A DNA stretch of 64,000 bases from an uncultured delta proteobacterium (lineage in GTDB: Bacteria > Myxococcota_A > UBA9160 > SZUA-336). A model generated the notes under the pieces. It saw only the letters and a list, made by a program, of their open reading frames with translations, made no database searches and was not told where the DNA came from. Position 1 is the stretch's first letter. Every line of letters begins with the position of its first letter. This document shows positions 53,501-62,092 of the stretch, one piece after another. The stretch lies in assembly GCA_963704165.1 (NCBI GenBank), contig CAVPHD010000010.1, forward strand, positions 69,242 to 133,241, in the 5' to 3' direction. The position numbers and the translations under genes are program-made.

Positions 53501-55266
53501 GAACTCCGGAAGCGCCACGGCTGGCCACGATCGCACGTTCCGCGGCACGAGCAGCACTCGCGCAGCAGCGGCAGGCGGAAGCGGTTCGGTACCTGGACAT
53601 CTCCCTGCAGCACGAACCCGATCACCCCGAAGCGCTCGACGAGATGGCGAACCAGGCGCTGCGACTCGGGGCGTACGAAAAGGCACGCGACAGCCTCGAC
53701 CGACGCCTGCGCTGCGCGGATCTGGAGCTCGACGAGCACGCGGACTGCTTGATCAAGCTGGCTCAGGCCTGCGAGGGGCTCCAGCAGCTCGACCGCGCCG
53801 CTGCGGCTCTGGAGGAGGTTCTGTCGATCCGGTCCAGGGACGAGGTCTCCCGTGCGCGCGCGGTCGATCTTCTCGAGCGATTGGGCGAGACGGAGCGTGC
53901 CGTGCTTCAGCTCGATGCCTGGAGCGAGCACGCACCCGAGGAGTTCGCTTCGCGACTTCGCGTCCGCGCGGCCGAGCTCGAGCTCCGAGCCGGGGATCGC
54001 GTACGGGCCCGGACACGGCTGGAGGCGATCACCTCGGCCGCGACCGCAACCGACGACGCCTGGACATCGTTGCTCGAGATCTCACGTGCCGACGACGGCC
54101 CCGACTCCACGCTCGTCATCGCGGAGCGAGCGCTGGAGAGCGTACGCGCGCCCGGTGCGCGCGGGGCGGTCCTCTGGGTCGCTGCTGAAGCGCACCTCGC
54201 TCTCGGCCACCGGAGCGCGGCCGCCCGGTGTGCGGCCGAGACGCTCGGCTCCGATCCGGGCCATCTCCCGGCGGCCAGACTGCTCGCCGCGGAGCTCGGC
54301 CAGCTCGAGGACTGGGAACAGGCGGTGAAGCTGCTCGAGCGCACGCTCGACGTCGCACATCCCGAGCGCGCCGTCGAAGCGGAGCTTTGGGAAGCGGTCG
54401 GCCGAGCTTATGCGGGCCCGCTCGAGGACATCGAGCGAGCGCAGCGCTGCTATCGCCGCGCGCTCGAGTGCAACCCGTTGCGTTCGAGCGCGCGCGAGGC
54501 GCTCGCCGACACGACCGCCTTCGACCCTGCCGCGCACCGAGAATCCGTCGCCGCGCACCGGGAGCTTCTCGCCCACAACCCCGCGCGACGCAGCTCGTGG
54601 CGGGCACTCGAGCGCATCGCCGAGCATTGGAAGCGCGAACGAGCCGAAGTCACCTGCGCAGCGGTCCTGAAGGCGCTCGCGCCCGCATCGACGACACCCA
54701 TGGCTCCGCAAGTGCTGCTCGCGGATCTCGGACCGCCGGAAGATCCCAGCATCGCAGCCGCCTCGGAGCTCTTGCTCACCCTCGCGGAGTCCCTCGGCAG
54801 CGTTGCGAACGGCGCGGACGCCACGGGCGTCCCGAAGCTGTCCTTGTCCCTGAAGCGCGAAGTCGCGGCGATCGCGGGAGCGTCCTGGGCGCTGTCCGAT
54901 GACGCGCTTCGCAGCGCCTGGAGTCAGCCTCTCGTGGAAACAACCCAACAAGGCGAAGAACTCGGCCGGCGCGCTCGTCGTCGCCTGAAGCGCGCGCTGC
55001 GCAGCTTCGACATCGAGTTGCTGCGGGTGCTCCAGCCCGAAGACTGGCGTGCGCAGGTGCTAGGGCAGGCCGCTGCGCGCCTGGTCGCCACGAGCGCGGT
55101 CGATCTCCGCGAGCTCCTGCTCGAACTTGCCGAGTGCTGGCCGAGGACCGCGGAGTTGCAGCTGCGCACCAACGGCGATCTCGCCGCGGCCATTCAGCTC
55201 TGTCCACCAGCGACAGCACTGCTGCTGCGACTCGGCAATGCCACGATCGCGGCGCTCGGCCTCTGA
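47509..55266 (+). CDS. Giant tetratricopeptide-repeat protein (~2585 aa), myxobacterial large-TPR type
   Basis: Uninterrupted 7.8-kb ORF rich in A/L/E/R helical repeats such as 'A..AYQRALEQVPGH', 'LGDPSAAQRAFEAALETDP' and 'AIAAWQRVLKRAP'; no signal peptide; track ORF starts at 47419. Confidence 0.85.
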   Translation: MQTRATKPGTTDQDSRIARVLQGFTTNPSDIRAFRTLEEHLFLAGSWRELVGVYEARLGVLPDASDERVHLLGRLANVFADRIGDAAAARARFEELLRLQPRNANALSSLRRILTRSGELTSALQLAEIEEALSLDAKPRARLLAEIGELWRAVGDATEARRRFAAALEHDSECEVAIAGVAALAEGGGDPGEAIDLLERRLGELTGAARGDVLEQMVGLLPTSEDTRTRDLLETLLREFPERRDPIERLIALERRAGHTARVDELQRVLWNLLHDPVERLRLSLEASTLQLDDAGEAAAAEYWCEQANAIAPDDAAVQKLRLRVYRRIGNPDRTLEAMEMLVEIEGAPPMRLLEIAVLHEREGRDERAIEWLERLLASDPYDDEALAILERCLARLGRHGERAEVLERRSAAANSNEAAADLMVELGDLHAVALSDPASAEAAYQRALEQVPGHAGASVQLRELLRKSERFADLARVLEQLARSTPAGAPRAKLLCDLAELQIDPLGDPSAAQRAFEAALETDPDCAAALAGLSALAIETRDPGVRVEACERELALEPTTARATELLQELSRAAIELGDLARAQAAVSRWVELEPCPASLGLQAELARISSDTASETAALEGLEVLLASAPAAHALVCVRLAELALGRPEVDAPDAATHWYRRALVSLPDDEVLRGRVIEHHRRSGNLRELADQLRREYDRPGADKPMALALELARALAELGDLRGASSVLQPAFEREPESADAGDLLESLLAEQDRIEELCDVLACRLSIERDPARRRELAHRQAGLLLEGLSRAPDAVAALREFADPTRDGRLEHLFARALDAAGARRELETWLEMREAHVEAHERTDLRLRLSALKEQDGRPREAIACLERALRDESAVEDPAVQSGLLGLLRAHGSAEEQRALLDELIERSDEPEARAALLIDRARLFAETLGDPGAALGDLEHARSSVRLGADDLRLVARLCATISAPETQLDALAQLADVTPDADERRSTLLQLARLHAEGPDAVRSAERAEQMLRRLLAIDPADADAFDRISRVYADANRSADLRRLIGERLAQPDLRPNERTPLGLRLAGLQLEADEARLAAETLVDCRSRTERPDAAVDELLFRALGEAGNSSGQAKLCAERVDSGEGSERVLWLRRWLGTLERGGAPPASRLDLVDRLLVSHVGDRDLIAARIPLLRELGTPDLLAEGLERLLALPDSSSAAERALLTRELLRLYEGSLARPDLACALVEREVASDPSLRSRGLTAARATGDSAAELALLRPLLSEACDGALPLDELRSLGLALARAGESDPAYTILCRVHPIAPRDRDVLSALEALARSAGDDARLAEVLAARFPLEVDEARRKIAAEAAAVAARRGDTRTELLWLRKQHALSPLAHDGLTRWLALEHAVGTIGGRLDAVRALLAIETDPEGRSELEAAEGEVLVESGRLADASACFARAMAGRRTPKLTWLRAQNELLTRLGRASERVDVLRTLARHPEATPEERASRQRERIELLASHSELREEAALQMRMLIDSDASAARPTQLERMRGLLDLYDDLGRDAEWCALAERVLGLSAEADRPELEREIARRLGHTLGSIEQAIAAWQRVLKRAPEDRAALEGLNELLRRPGDEARRADALERLAATGSDHPERLWLDAARLRWQSLADARTALHDVDQALAFAPRLDGAHDLRSELCAHLDRHTEEASSLRELLEAEPCGPQAADRWLRLAQLAAARADGAPEAIASAERALALAPGQRSMVREVRRVLERAKSWEHARDLLRTEIETASHTEAPALLRRFARVTWDELHDAELACDALEAIESCEALRLEDRERFAAVLERVGRVAESLAQREKILTEMGELATAASWLELARDTLDQLDDPGRAREACDRALARDPRLTAALELRTRLHARLCEPARELEDVLRLAELEPVPALAAAWLTQGAEIARSRLGDEARAGALFRSALKRDANHLPALLGAGEIALARGDWAEAERTHGLATSLLPGTPEAPRLATIARSAARAALAQQRQAEAVRYLDISLQHEPDHPEALDEMANQALRLGAYEKARDSLDRRLRCADLELDEHADCLIKLAQACEGLQQLDRAAAALEEVLSIRSRDEVSRARAVDLLERLGETERAVLQLDAWSEHAPEEFASRLRVRAAELELRAGDRVRARTRLEAITSAATATDDAWTSLLEISRADDGPDSTLVIAERALESVRAPGARGAVLWVAAEAHLALGHRSAAARCAAETLGSDPGHLPAARLLAAELGQLEDWEQAVKLLERTLDVAHPERAVEAELWEAVGRAYAGPLEDIERAQRCYRRALECNPLRSSAREALADTTAFDPAAHRESVAAHRELLAHNPARRSSWRALERIAEHWKRERAEVTCAAVLKALAPASTTPMAPQVLLADLGPPEDPSIAAASELLLTLAESLGSVANGADATGVPKLSLSLKREVAAIAGASWALSDDALRSAWSQPLVETTQQGEELGRRARRRLKRALRSFDIELLRVLQPEDWRAQVLGQAAARLVATSAVDLRELLLELAECWPRTAELQLRTNGDLAAAIQLCPPATALLLRLGNATIAALGL

Positions 55267-55314
55267 ACGCGGTGCGCGACGTTCACCCGCCGAACGACTG
55301 AAGCGTGGGAGGCG

Positions 55315-56238
55315 CTAGATCCGGCCGGGCGCGGGCTGGAGCACGGCTCCCTCGAGGACCGGTTCGCGCTCGCTGCTGGGCGTCTCGAGAGTCCAGCAGC
55401 TCGGGTTGGCGCGAATCTCCGCGACCAGCGCCTGATGGAGCTTGTGGCCCCCGCGTACGGCCTTTACATGGGCCTGGAGCGGAACACCTAGAAGTGCGAG
55501 GTCGCCGATCAGGTCGAGCACCTTGTGCCGAGCGAACTCGTCTCGGAAGCGCAGCCCCTCGGGATTGAGGACGCGCGTCTCGTCGAGCACGATCGCGTTC
55601 GAGAGCGACCCACCGCGCGCGAGGCCGATCGCTTGCAGGCGCTGCGTGTCCTTGAGGAATCCGAAGGTCCGCGCAGGTGCAATCTCGCGCGCGAAGAGAT
55701 CCGGCGTGATCACCAGTCCCTCGAGAGACTGACGCCCGATCGCCGGATGAGAGTAGTCGATCTCCACCGAGAGCTTGAAGTCCCGCGACGGGAGCGCGCG
55801 TACCCAGCGATTCCCGTCGCGAACCTCGATCGGCCGACGGATCACGATCCGCCGACGCATGCGTGCCTGCGGTCGGAGCCCGGCCTGTTGGATCAGGTAG
55901 ACGAACGAGCCGGAGCTGCCGTCCATGATCGGTAGCTCGGGGCCAGAAACCTCGATGGTGCAGTTGTCGATACCCATGGCCCGCAGGGCCGCGACCAGGT
56001 GCTCGATCGTCGAAAGGCTCACGTCCTCGTTGCCCAAAGTCGTGGCGAGCGTCGTGTCGGTCACCCACTCGGCGCGGGCTGGGAAGCGAACGGGCCGAGG
56101 GCGATCGGTGCGCACGAACAGAATCCCGGTACCCGGGGCCGCCGGCCGCAACACCAGATCGACGGGCTCTCCGGTATGCAGACCGATTCCGGTGCATTGC
56201 ACACGCGATGCGATCGTATGCTCGACGCCTCTCAGCAA
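55315..56238 (-). CDS. lpxC: UDP-3-O-acyl-N-acetylglucosamine deacetylase
   Basis: GIGLHTG, STIEHL, PIMDGS, ARTFGF, RHKVLDLIGD, GH; TTG start behind a GGGGAG RBS. Confidence 0.96.
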   Translation of the reverse strand: MLRGVEHTIASRVQCTGIGLHTGEPVDLVLRPAAPGTGILFVRTDRPRPVRFPARAEWVTDTTLATTLGNEDVSLSTIEHLVAALRAMGIDNCTIEVSGPELPIMDGSSGSFVYLIQQAGLRPQARMRRRIVIRRPIEVRDGNRWVRALPSRDFKLSVEIDYSHPAIGRQSLEGLVITPDLFAREIAPARTFGFLKDTQRLQAIGLARGGSLSNAIVLDETRVLNPEGLRFRDEFARHKVLDLIGDLALLGVPLQAHVKAVRGGHKLHQALVAEIRANPSCWTLETPSSEREPVLEGAVLQPAPGRI

Positions 56239-56307
56239 GACTCCCCCCCGAAAATCGCCCCGAGGCACCCTGTACTCGGTCCCCTCAACCGGGCTGCCCC
56301 TAGGAGA

Positions 56308-56323
56308 AGCAACTTGCGTGCCA
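56308..56323 (-). promoter_or_regulatory. Sigma-54 (-24/-12) promoter of lpxC
   Basis: Minus strand TGGCACGCAAGTTGCT matches the TGGCACG-N4-TTGCW consensus, 70 nt upstream of the start. Confidence 0.85.
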
Positions 56324-56452
56324 TTTGCAGCAGAAAGTCGACTCTTCGGGCGCGATTCGCGAAGTGGGCGATTCGACTTGTGATTTGGCGCACATCTTCT
56401 GGCAGGTGCGTCGAGGATCCAGATCCCACCCGACACGAACTCCGATTCGACA

Positions 56453-56487
56453 GTGACGTTTCAATTACGACGTGACGGGGATATCAC
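56453..56487. promoter_or_regulatory. Tandem imperfect palindromes, candidate enhancer (UAS) for a sigma-54 activator
   Basis: GTGACGTTTCAATTAC (56453-56468) and GTGACGGGGATATCAC (56472-56487), both GTGA-N8-TYAC, 130-165 nt upstream of the -24 element. Confidence 0.5.
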
Positions 56488-59105
56488 GCCTTCGGGAGGT
56501 GGTCGAGCTCCTCGAGAAGCTCCTTCGCGGTCTGGAAGCGCTCGCTCGGCGCCTTTCTCAGGCAGCGCAGGATGATGTCCGCGAGTCCTGCCGGGATGTC
56601 TGCCTTGATGTCGCGCGGATCGGGTGGCGGCGTGTGGACGTGGTGATATGGGACGTTCCCCTTCTGGAAGGGGAGCTCTCCGGTCGCGAGCTCGAAGATC
56701 GTGACGCCGAGCGAGTAGATGTCGGTCCGGTGGTCGACGTCGCGTCCGAGCGTCTGCTCGGGCGACATGTAGAACGGCGTGCCCGATATCATCGTGGTCG
56801 CGTTGCGGACCTCTTCCATGAGCTTCGCGAGACCGAAGTCCATGATCTTCACGTGCCGTTCGGCGGTCCACATGGTGTTCGCAGTCTTGATGTCGCGGTG
56901 CACGACCTTCCGCCCGTGCGCATACGAGAGCGCGGACGCCATCTGCCGCAGGATGTAGAAGACTGCATTCGCCGAGACCGGCCCGCGCTGGCGAAGGATC
57001 TCCTTCAGCGTCGTGCCTTCGACCCGCTCCATCGCCATGTAGAAGCCGTGCTCTGATTCGCCGGCGTCGTAGACCGTGACGATGTTGGGGTGATTGAGCT
57101 GAGCGGCGGCCTTGGCCTCGCGCAGGAAGTTCTTCAGCGCGTTCGGGTTTCCGCGCAGTCCCTCGGGCAGCACCTTGTACGCGACCTCACGCTCGAGCAC
57201 CGAGTCGCGCGCGAGGTAGACGACGCCCATTCCCCCGCGCCCGAGCTCGCGCACGATCTCGTAGCGCGTGGTGACGGGGGCGGCGGTCGCCGTCGGCGCG
57301 GTCAGCGGCGGAAGATCCTCGCTCTGCTTGGCGAGCGACGCCTTGCAGCGCTCCAAGCACGACGCGGCATCCCTGTAGTGGTAGTCGAACGAGAGGATGC
57401 GCTCGAAGATCTCGACGGCGCCGACCAGATCGCCCTGGCGTTCGTGCGCGCGACCGAGCTCGTAGAACGCCTCGACGCTGTTTCTCGCGATGGCTTGCGA
57501 TCCCGTCGCCTCGGCGAACTTCTTGACCGACAGGCTGTGCATGCCCTTCTCCTGGAACATGCGACCGAGAATCGAGCAGGCCTCGCTGTAGTTCGTACTG
57601 TCTGCGGGAATCTGCTGCATCAGGCGAATCGCACCGTCCGCCTTGTCCTGCTCCGCGTAGAGCTTTCCGGCCGTGAAGATGTCTCCCGCCTTCTCGAGCA
57701 TTTCGGCTTGCAGATCGGCACGGCCCGCGCGTCCGTAGCAATCCGCGGCGTCGGCGAACTTGCCGCAACGCGAATATGCGTCGGCGGCCGGCTCGAGTTG
57801 CTCCGACGCGCGAAATGCCTCGGCCGCGGCCGGGAAGTCCTCTGCCTCCCGGTAGCAGACACCCGCTTCGGCGTAGCGACCGAGCTTTCGGTAGAGATCG
57901 CCCGCCGCCGCATGCTCACCGGCCTTCTTCAGGTGCTCGACGGCGTCCGCGTCCTGTCCCTTGTCCCGCAAGTACTCGCCGAGAGCACGCGCAGCGCCAA
58001 CGCCATCGCCGAGCCGCTCGAGCGCCTTCGCGGCCAGATCACCGCGCCCGACCCGCAGGAAGAGCTCGGCCGAGCGTTTGTAGTTTCCCGTCTGGAAGGC
58101 GATTTTCGCTGCGGGTCCGAACGCCTCCGAGCGCACGAGCATCGCCTCGGCTTCTTCGAAGCGATCGAGCTTGACGAGGATCTCGGCGGCCTTCTTGGCG
58201 ATGCCGCGCATCTCCTTGGCCTTCTGCTCGCTCTTCGCGCCAGCGACGCCGCCCTCCTCGTTGAACGCCGACAGCAAGCACTCGGCCGCAAGTGCGTCGG
58301 CGCCACCCTTCAGGAACGCCTGCGCCGCATGCCGGTGAAAGCCGATCTTCTGGTAGCACTTGCCCGCTTCCCGGTGATTCTCGGCGCGCTCGAACATGTC
58401 GCCCGCGACGGAGAACTTTCCGGCGCTGAAGTAGCACTTCGCGGCGTCCTCGTGCCGACCGAGCTGCGCGTAGATCCGACCCGCGTGCTCCTCCTTGCCG
58501 AGCTTCTTGTACAGATCCGCCGCCTCGTCGAAGCGATTCTGATCGTGGCGGACCTCCGCGGCCCGGCCGAGCAACTCGCCGCGCATGAAGATCTCGACGG
58601 CTTCGTCCTTGAGGTTCCGGCCGAGTAGGAATTCGCCAGCCGCCTCCCCGCCCTGATCCTGCTCGATCTGCGCCGCCTGCTTCAGGAGTCGCTTGTACTC
58701 CTTGGCCGACGGCGCGGTGACATCGGTTTCGGGCGAGCCTTCGAGTGCCGAGGATTTCTTCGAGCGGGTGCCCGACTCGGACTTTCCGGCGGCGGACTTC
58801 TTCGAGCCACGTACGCGAGCGGCACCCCGGCCGGCGGGAACGAGCGCGAAGACCACGAGCACGAGCGCCGCGCCGAGCATGCCAAAGTGCAGAACCGGTG
58901 CGCGCAGAACCTCGGCGCCGCTCAGTCCGGCCCCGAGCGCAGCGCCCGCCGACTGTGCTCCGCGCTGGGCGGCCTCGATCTTGGCACGCGCGCGCAACTC
59001 GGTGGCGAGAACGTCGCCTCCGCGCGCAAGCACGGCGCCGGCAACCCCGCCCACGAGAAGGGGGATCGCAAGCAGGAACGCGAGAACTCGCAGCCGCGTG
59101 CGCAC
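56484..59105 (-). CDS. Membrane-anchored Hanks-type Ser/Thr kinase with a central 13-aa helical repeat / TPR-like region
   Basis: Two N-terminal hydrophobic segments; repeats such as AADLYKKLG, AAKCYFSAG, AGDMFERAE; LGRGGMG, VAYK, HRDIK, DFG, GTPFYMSPE; GTG at 59105. Confidence 0.9.
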   Translation of the reverse strand: MRTRLRVLAFLLAIPLLVGGVAGAVLARGGDVLATELRARAKIEAAQRGAQSAGAALGAGLSGAEVLRAPVLHFGMLGAALVLVVFALVPAGRGAARVRGSKKSAAGKSESGTRSKKSSALEGSPETDVTAPSAKEYKRLLKQAAQIEQDQGGEAAGEFLLGRNLKDEAVEIFMRGELLGRAAEVRHDQNRFDEAADLYKKLGKEEHAGRIYAQLGRHEDAAKCYFSAGKFSVAGDMFERAENHREAGKCYQKIGFHRHAAQAFLKGGADALAAECLLSAFNEEGGVAGAKSEQKAKEMRGIAKKAAEILVKLDRFEEAEAMLVRSEAFGPAAKIAFQTGNYKRSAELFLRVGRGDLAAKALERLGDGVGAARALGEYLRDKGQDADAVEHLKKAGEHAAAGDLYRKLGRYAEAGVCYREAEDFPAAAEAFRASEQLEPAADAYSRCGKFADAADCYGRAGRADLQAEMLEKAGDIFTAGKLYAEQDKADGAIRLMQQIPADSTNYSEACSILGRMFQEKGMHSLSVKKFAEATGSQAIARNSVEAFYELGRAHERQGDLVGAVEIFERILSFDYHYRDAASCLERCKASLAKQSEDLPPLTAPTATAAPVTTRYEIVRELGRGGMGVVYLARDSVLEREVAYKVLPEGLRGNPNALKNFLREAKAAAQLNHPNIVTVYDAGESEHGFYMAMERVEGTTLKEILRQRGPVSANAVFYILRQMASALSYAHGRKVVHRDIKTANTMWTAERHVKIMDFGLAKLMEEVRNATTMISGTPFYMSPEQTLGRDVDHRTDIYSLGVTIFELATGELPFQKGNVPYHHVHTPPPDPRDIKADIPAGLADIILRCLRKAPSERFQTAKELLEELDHLPKA

Positions 59106-59114
59106 GGCTAGACG

Positions 59115-59140
59115 ATCGTCCAAACGGGCCCCAACGTTGA
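59115..59140 (-). promoter_or_regulatory. Putative sigma-28-like promoter for the kinase gene
   Basis: TCAAC-N15-GACGAT, 9 nt before the GTG at 59105; fills the short intergenic gap. Confidence 0.4.
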
Positions 59141-59142
59141 GG

Positions 59143-59889
59143 CTAGCCGCGCCCCCCCAGCAGCATGCGGATGGCCAAGGCGACCACGCAGACCGTGAGC
59201 GCCGGACGGAGCAGCCGATCGCCCACGCGGGCACCGACGCGAGATCCGACGTAGCCCCCGAGACCCATTCCCACGGCGAGAACCAGGCCGTGAGCCCAAA
59301 CGACCTTTCCGGCCCAGATGAACTGCGCGAGCGCGACGGCGGTGGTGGCGCTCGTGATCGCGACCTTCACCGAAGCCGCTCGCACGAGGTCGAGCCCGCC
59401 CACGGCGACGAGCGCGAGCGTGATCGGAATCCCGACGCCCGCCTGGATGGCCCCGCTGTAGAAGCCGATCGCGAGGTAGATCAGCTGTTGCAGAAGAGGC
59501 GGCACTCCGGGATGCGTCGGCACGCTCCGTCTCGGTCGCGGATTCCAGAGGATCACCGGCAGCGCCAGCAGCATGATGGCGCCGAATCCGCGGGAGAAGA
59601 GTTCGTCGTCGATCTCCGAGACGATCGCCGCACCGAGCCAGGATGCGGCGAGCATGACGGGCAGGATTCGCAGCGCCGTCCTGAGCTCACGAGATCCCTC
59701 CTGCCGGAATCCCGCGACCGCCGAGAGCGACTGTGCGAAGACGCCGACACGGTTCGTCGCATTCGCAACCGTCGCCGGCAGACCCATCATGACGAGCAGC
59801 GGAACCGTCAGGAAGGACCCACCCCCCGCGAGGGTGTTGATCAGCCCACACGCGACCCCACCCCCGATCAAGACCGCGATCTCACCCAA
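59143..59889 (-). CDS. Sulfite exporter TauE/SafE (TSUP) family permease
   Basis: GLINTLAGGGS, ANATN, GFYSG..QAGVG; multi-TM; start approximate. Confidence 0.88.
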   Translation of the reverse strand: MGEIAVLIGGGVACGLINTLAGGGSFLTVPLLVMMGLPATVANATNRVGVFAQSLSAVAGFRQEGSRELRTALRILPVMLAASWLGAAIVSEIDDELFSRGFGAIMLLALPVILWNPRPRRSVPTHPGVPPLLQQLIYLAIGFYSGAIQAGVGIPITLALVAVGGLDLVRAASVKVAITSATTAVALAQFIWAGKVVWAHGLVLAVGMGLGGYVGSRVGARVGDRLLRPALTVCVVALAIRMLLGGRG

Positions 59890-59900
59890 GGAGGGCAGCG

Positions 59901-60931
59901 TCAGAGCAGCTTCTCCTGCCGGACGTCGCGCGCGGGTGTCACTCCAAAGTGTTGGTAGGCGCGTGCGGTCGCGATCCGGCCGCGCGGCGTGCGGTCGAGA
60001 AAGCCTTCCTGGATCAGGAACGGCTCGTAGATGTCCTCGATCGTTCCACGGTCCTCGCCGATCGCGGCGGCCAGCGTGTCGAGGCCCGACCGGCCCGCCC
60101 GCGTACTTCTCGATCAGCGCGAGCAGCAGCTGGCGGTCCATCCGATCGAAGCCCGCGTCGTCGACTTCGAGTCGGCCCGAGCGCGAATCGCGCGAGCTCG
60201 CGCGTGACGACGGGCTCGCCACCGACCTCCGCGAAGTCGCGGACGCGCCGGAGCAGCCGGTTGGCGATGCGCGGCGTTCCGCGAGATCGACGCGCGATCT
60301 CCTCCGATCCGTCGGCATCGACCGGAATTCCGAGAATGCGCGCGCTGCGCGCGAGGATTCGCACGAGGTCTGACGGCGGGTAGTACTGCAGCCGCGCGAT
60401 GACGCCGAAGCGATCGCGAAGCGGCGAGCCGAGCAGTCCTGCGCGCGTGGTCGCGCCGATCAGCGTGAAGCGCGGCAGGTCGATCTTCACGGTCTGCGCG
60501 CTCGGCCCCTGGCCGATGACCAGATCGAGCTTGAAGTCCTCCATCGCGGGATAGAGGATCTCCTCGACGGCAGGCGCGAGGCGGTGGATCTCGTCGATGA
60601 ACAGCACCGCGCCGGGCTCGAGGTTGGTCACGATCGCCGCGAGGTCGCCCGCACGCTCGATCACCGGACCCGCGGTGACGCGCAGGGGCGCACCCATCTC
60701 GCGCGCGATCACGTGCGCGAGCGCCGTCTTGCCGAGCCCCGGCGGGCCGTAGAAGAGCACGTGGTCGAGCGGCTCGCCGCGCTCGCGCGCGGCGCGGATG
60801 AACACGCGCAGGTTCTCGCGCAGCGCATCCTGTCCGACGAACTCGTCGAGGGTGGCCGGACGCAAGCTGTCCTCGACTCCGCGGTCGAAGCCGGCGACAT
60901 CGGGTCGAACCATCTCATCCCGCGGCGGCAC
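59901..60931 (-). CDS. ruvB: Holliday junction branch migration helicase RuvB (frameshifts near 60180 and 60090)
   Basis: [44 protein letters not shown]-terminal [15 protein letters not shown] in another frame. Confidence 0.95.
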
Positions 60932-61516
60932 GCAGCGCCTCCTTGATCAGCGTCTCGAGGCTTGCACCCGCAGGTGCGAGCTCGAGCGCGCGGCGCACCG
61001 CGCGCTCCGCGTGGGCTCGAGGGTAACCGAGGTTCATGAGCGCGCTCTCGGCAGCGGCGGCGTCATCGGGTGCCGGTGCACGCTCGGCCTTCGACGCGGC
61101 GTCGATGGCGAGGGTCTTCTCGCGCAGATCGATCACGATGCGCTCCGCCGTCTTCTTGCCCGACGCCCGGAATGCCCGTGAGCGCGCGCGAGGTCGCCGG
61201 CTCGAAGCGCGGCCACGAGCTTGTCGACGGGCAGACCGGACAGGATCGCCAGCGCCAGCCTCGGCCCGACTCCGCTCGTCGCGAGCAGGAGCTTGGAACA
61301 GGAGCGCGCTCGGTCTCGGACGACGAAAGCCGAAGAGCTGCAGAGCGTCCTCGCGGACGTGGGTGTGGATCTGCAACCGGACCGCCTCGCCCTCGTCGGG
61401 AAGCTCGAAGAACGTCGAGAGGGGCACGCGGACCTCGTAGCCCGACACCGTCGAACGTCGAGCACGACGACCTCGGGTTTCTTCTCCGCGAGCACGCCGT
61501 CGAGTCGGGAGATCAC
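60915..61516 (-). CDS. ruvA: Holliday junction branch migration protein RuvA (multiple frameshifts)
   Basis: [47 protein letters not shown] spread over several frames. Confidence 0.9.
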
Positions 61517-62030
61517 CGTACGCGCACCGCGGGTCGGACCGCGCCCACGACCTTGCGCGCGCGCAGGCCGCGCGTTCATTCCGTGACAGATCGCGACGGC
61601 GAGCGCGTCGGCCTCGTCGCTCGGTGGCGGCGTGACCAGGCCGAGCAGTCGCTGAACCATGAGCATGACCTGCGACTTCTCCGCGCGCCCGTAGCCGGTG
61701 ACCGCGGCCTTCACCTGTGCCGGGGTGTACTCCGCCGAATCGAGGCCCGCAGCGCCGCAGGCCGCGAGGGCGACGCCGCGCGCGTGCCCGAGCACGAGCG
61801 CGCTGCGGACGTTTCGGGCACTGAAGATCGACTCGAGCGCCGCGCTCTCCGGGGCGAACTCGGCGATCGCAGCGGCGAGCTCGCGCTGCACGTGCACGAG
61901 ACGCTCGCGCTAGCGAGTCGCCACGCGCGCGGATCGTCCCGCCGGCAACCCGGCGAAGCGTCGATCCCTCGACGCTGACGACGCCATAGCCCATGGCGAC
62001 AGAGCCCGGATCGATTCCCAGGACTCGCAC
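61513..62030 (-). CDS. ruvC: Crossover junction endodeoxyribonuclease RuvC (frameshifts)
   Basis: VLGIDPG..GYG, then ESIF, LGHARG, EYTP..VK..VTGYGRAEK, DEADALAVAICH in another frame. Confidence 0.92.
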
Positions 62031-62092
62031 TCGACCCCCCGGCCGGAAAACGACCGATTCGAGTCTACACGCAGGTGAAGCGCCCAGCGAGG

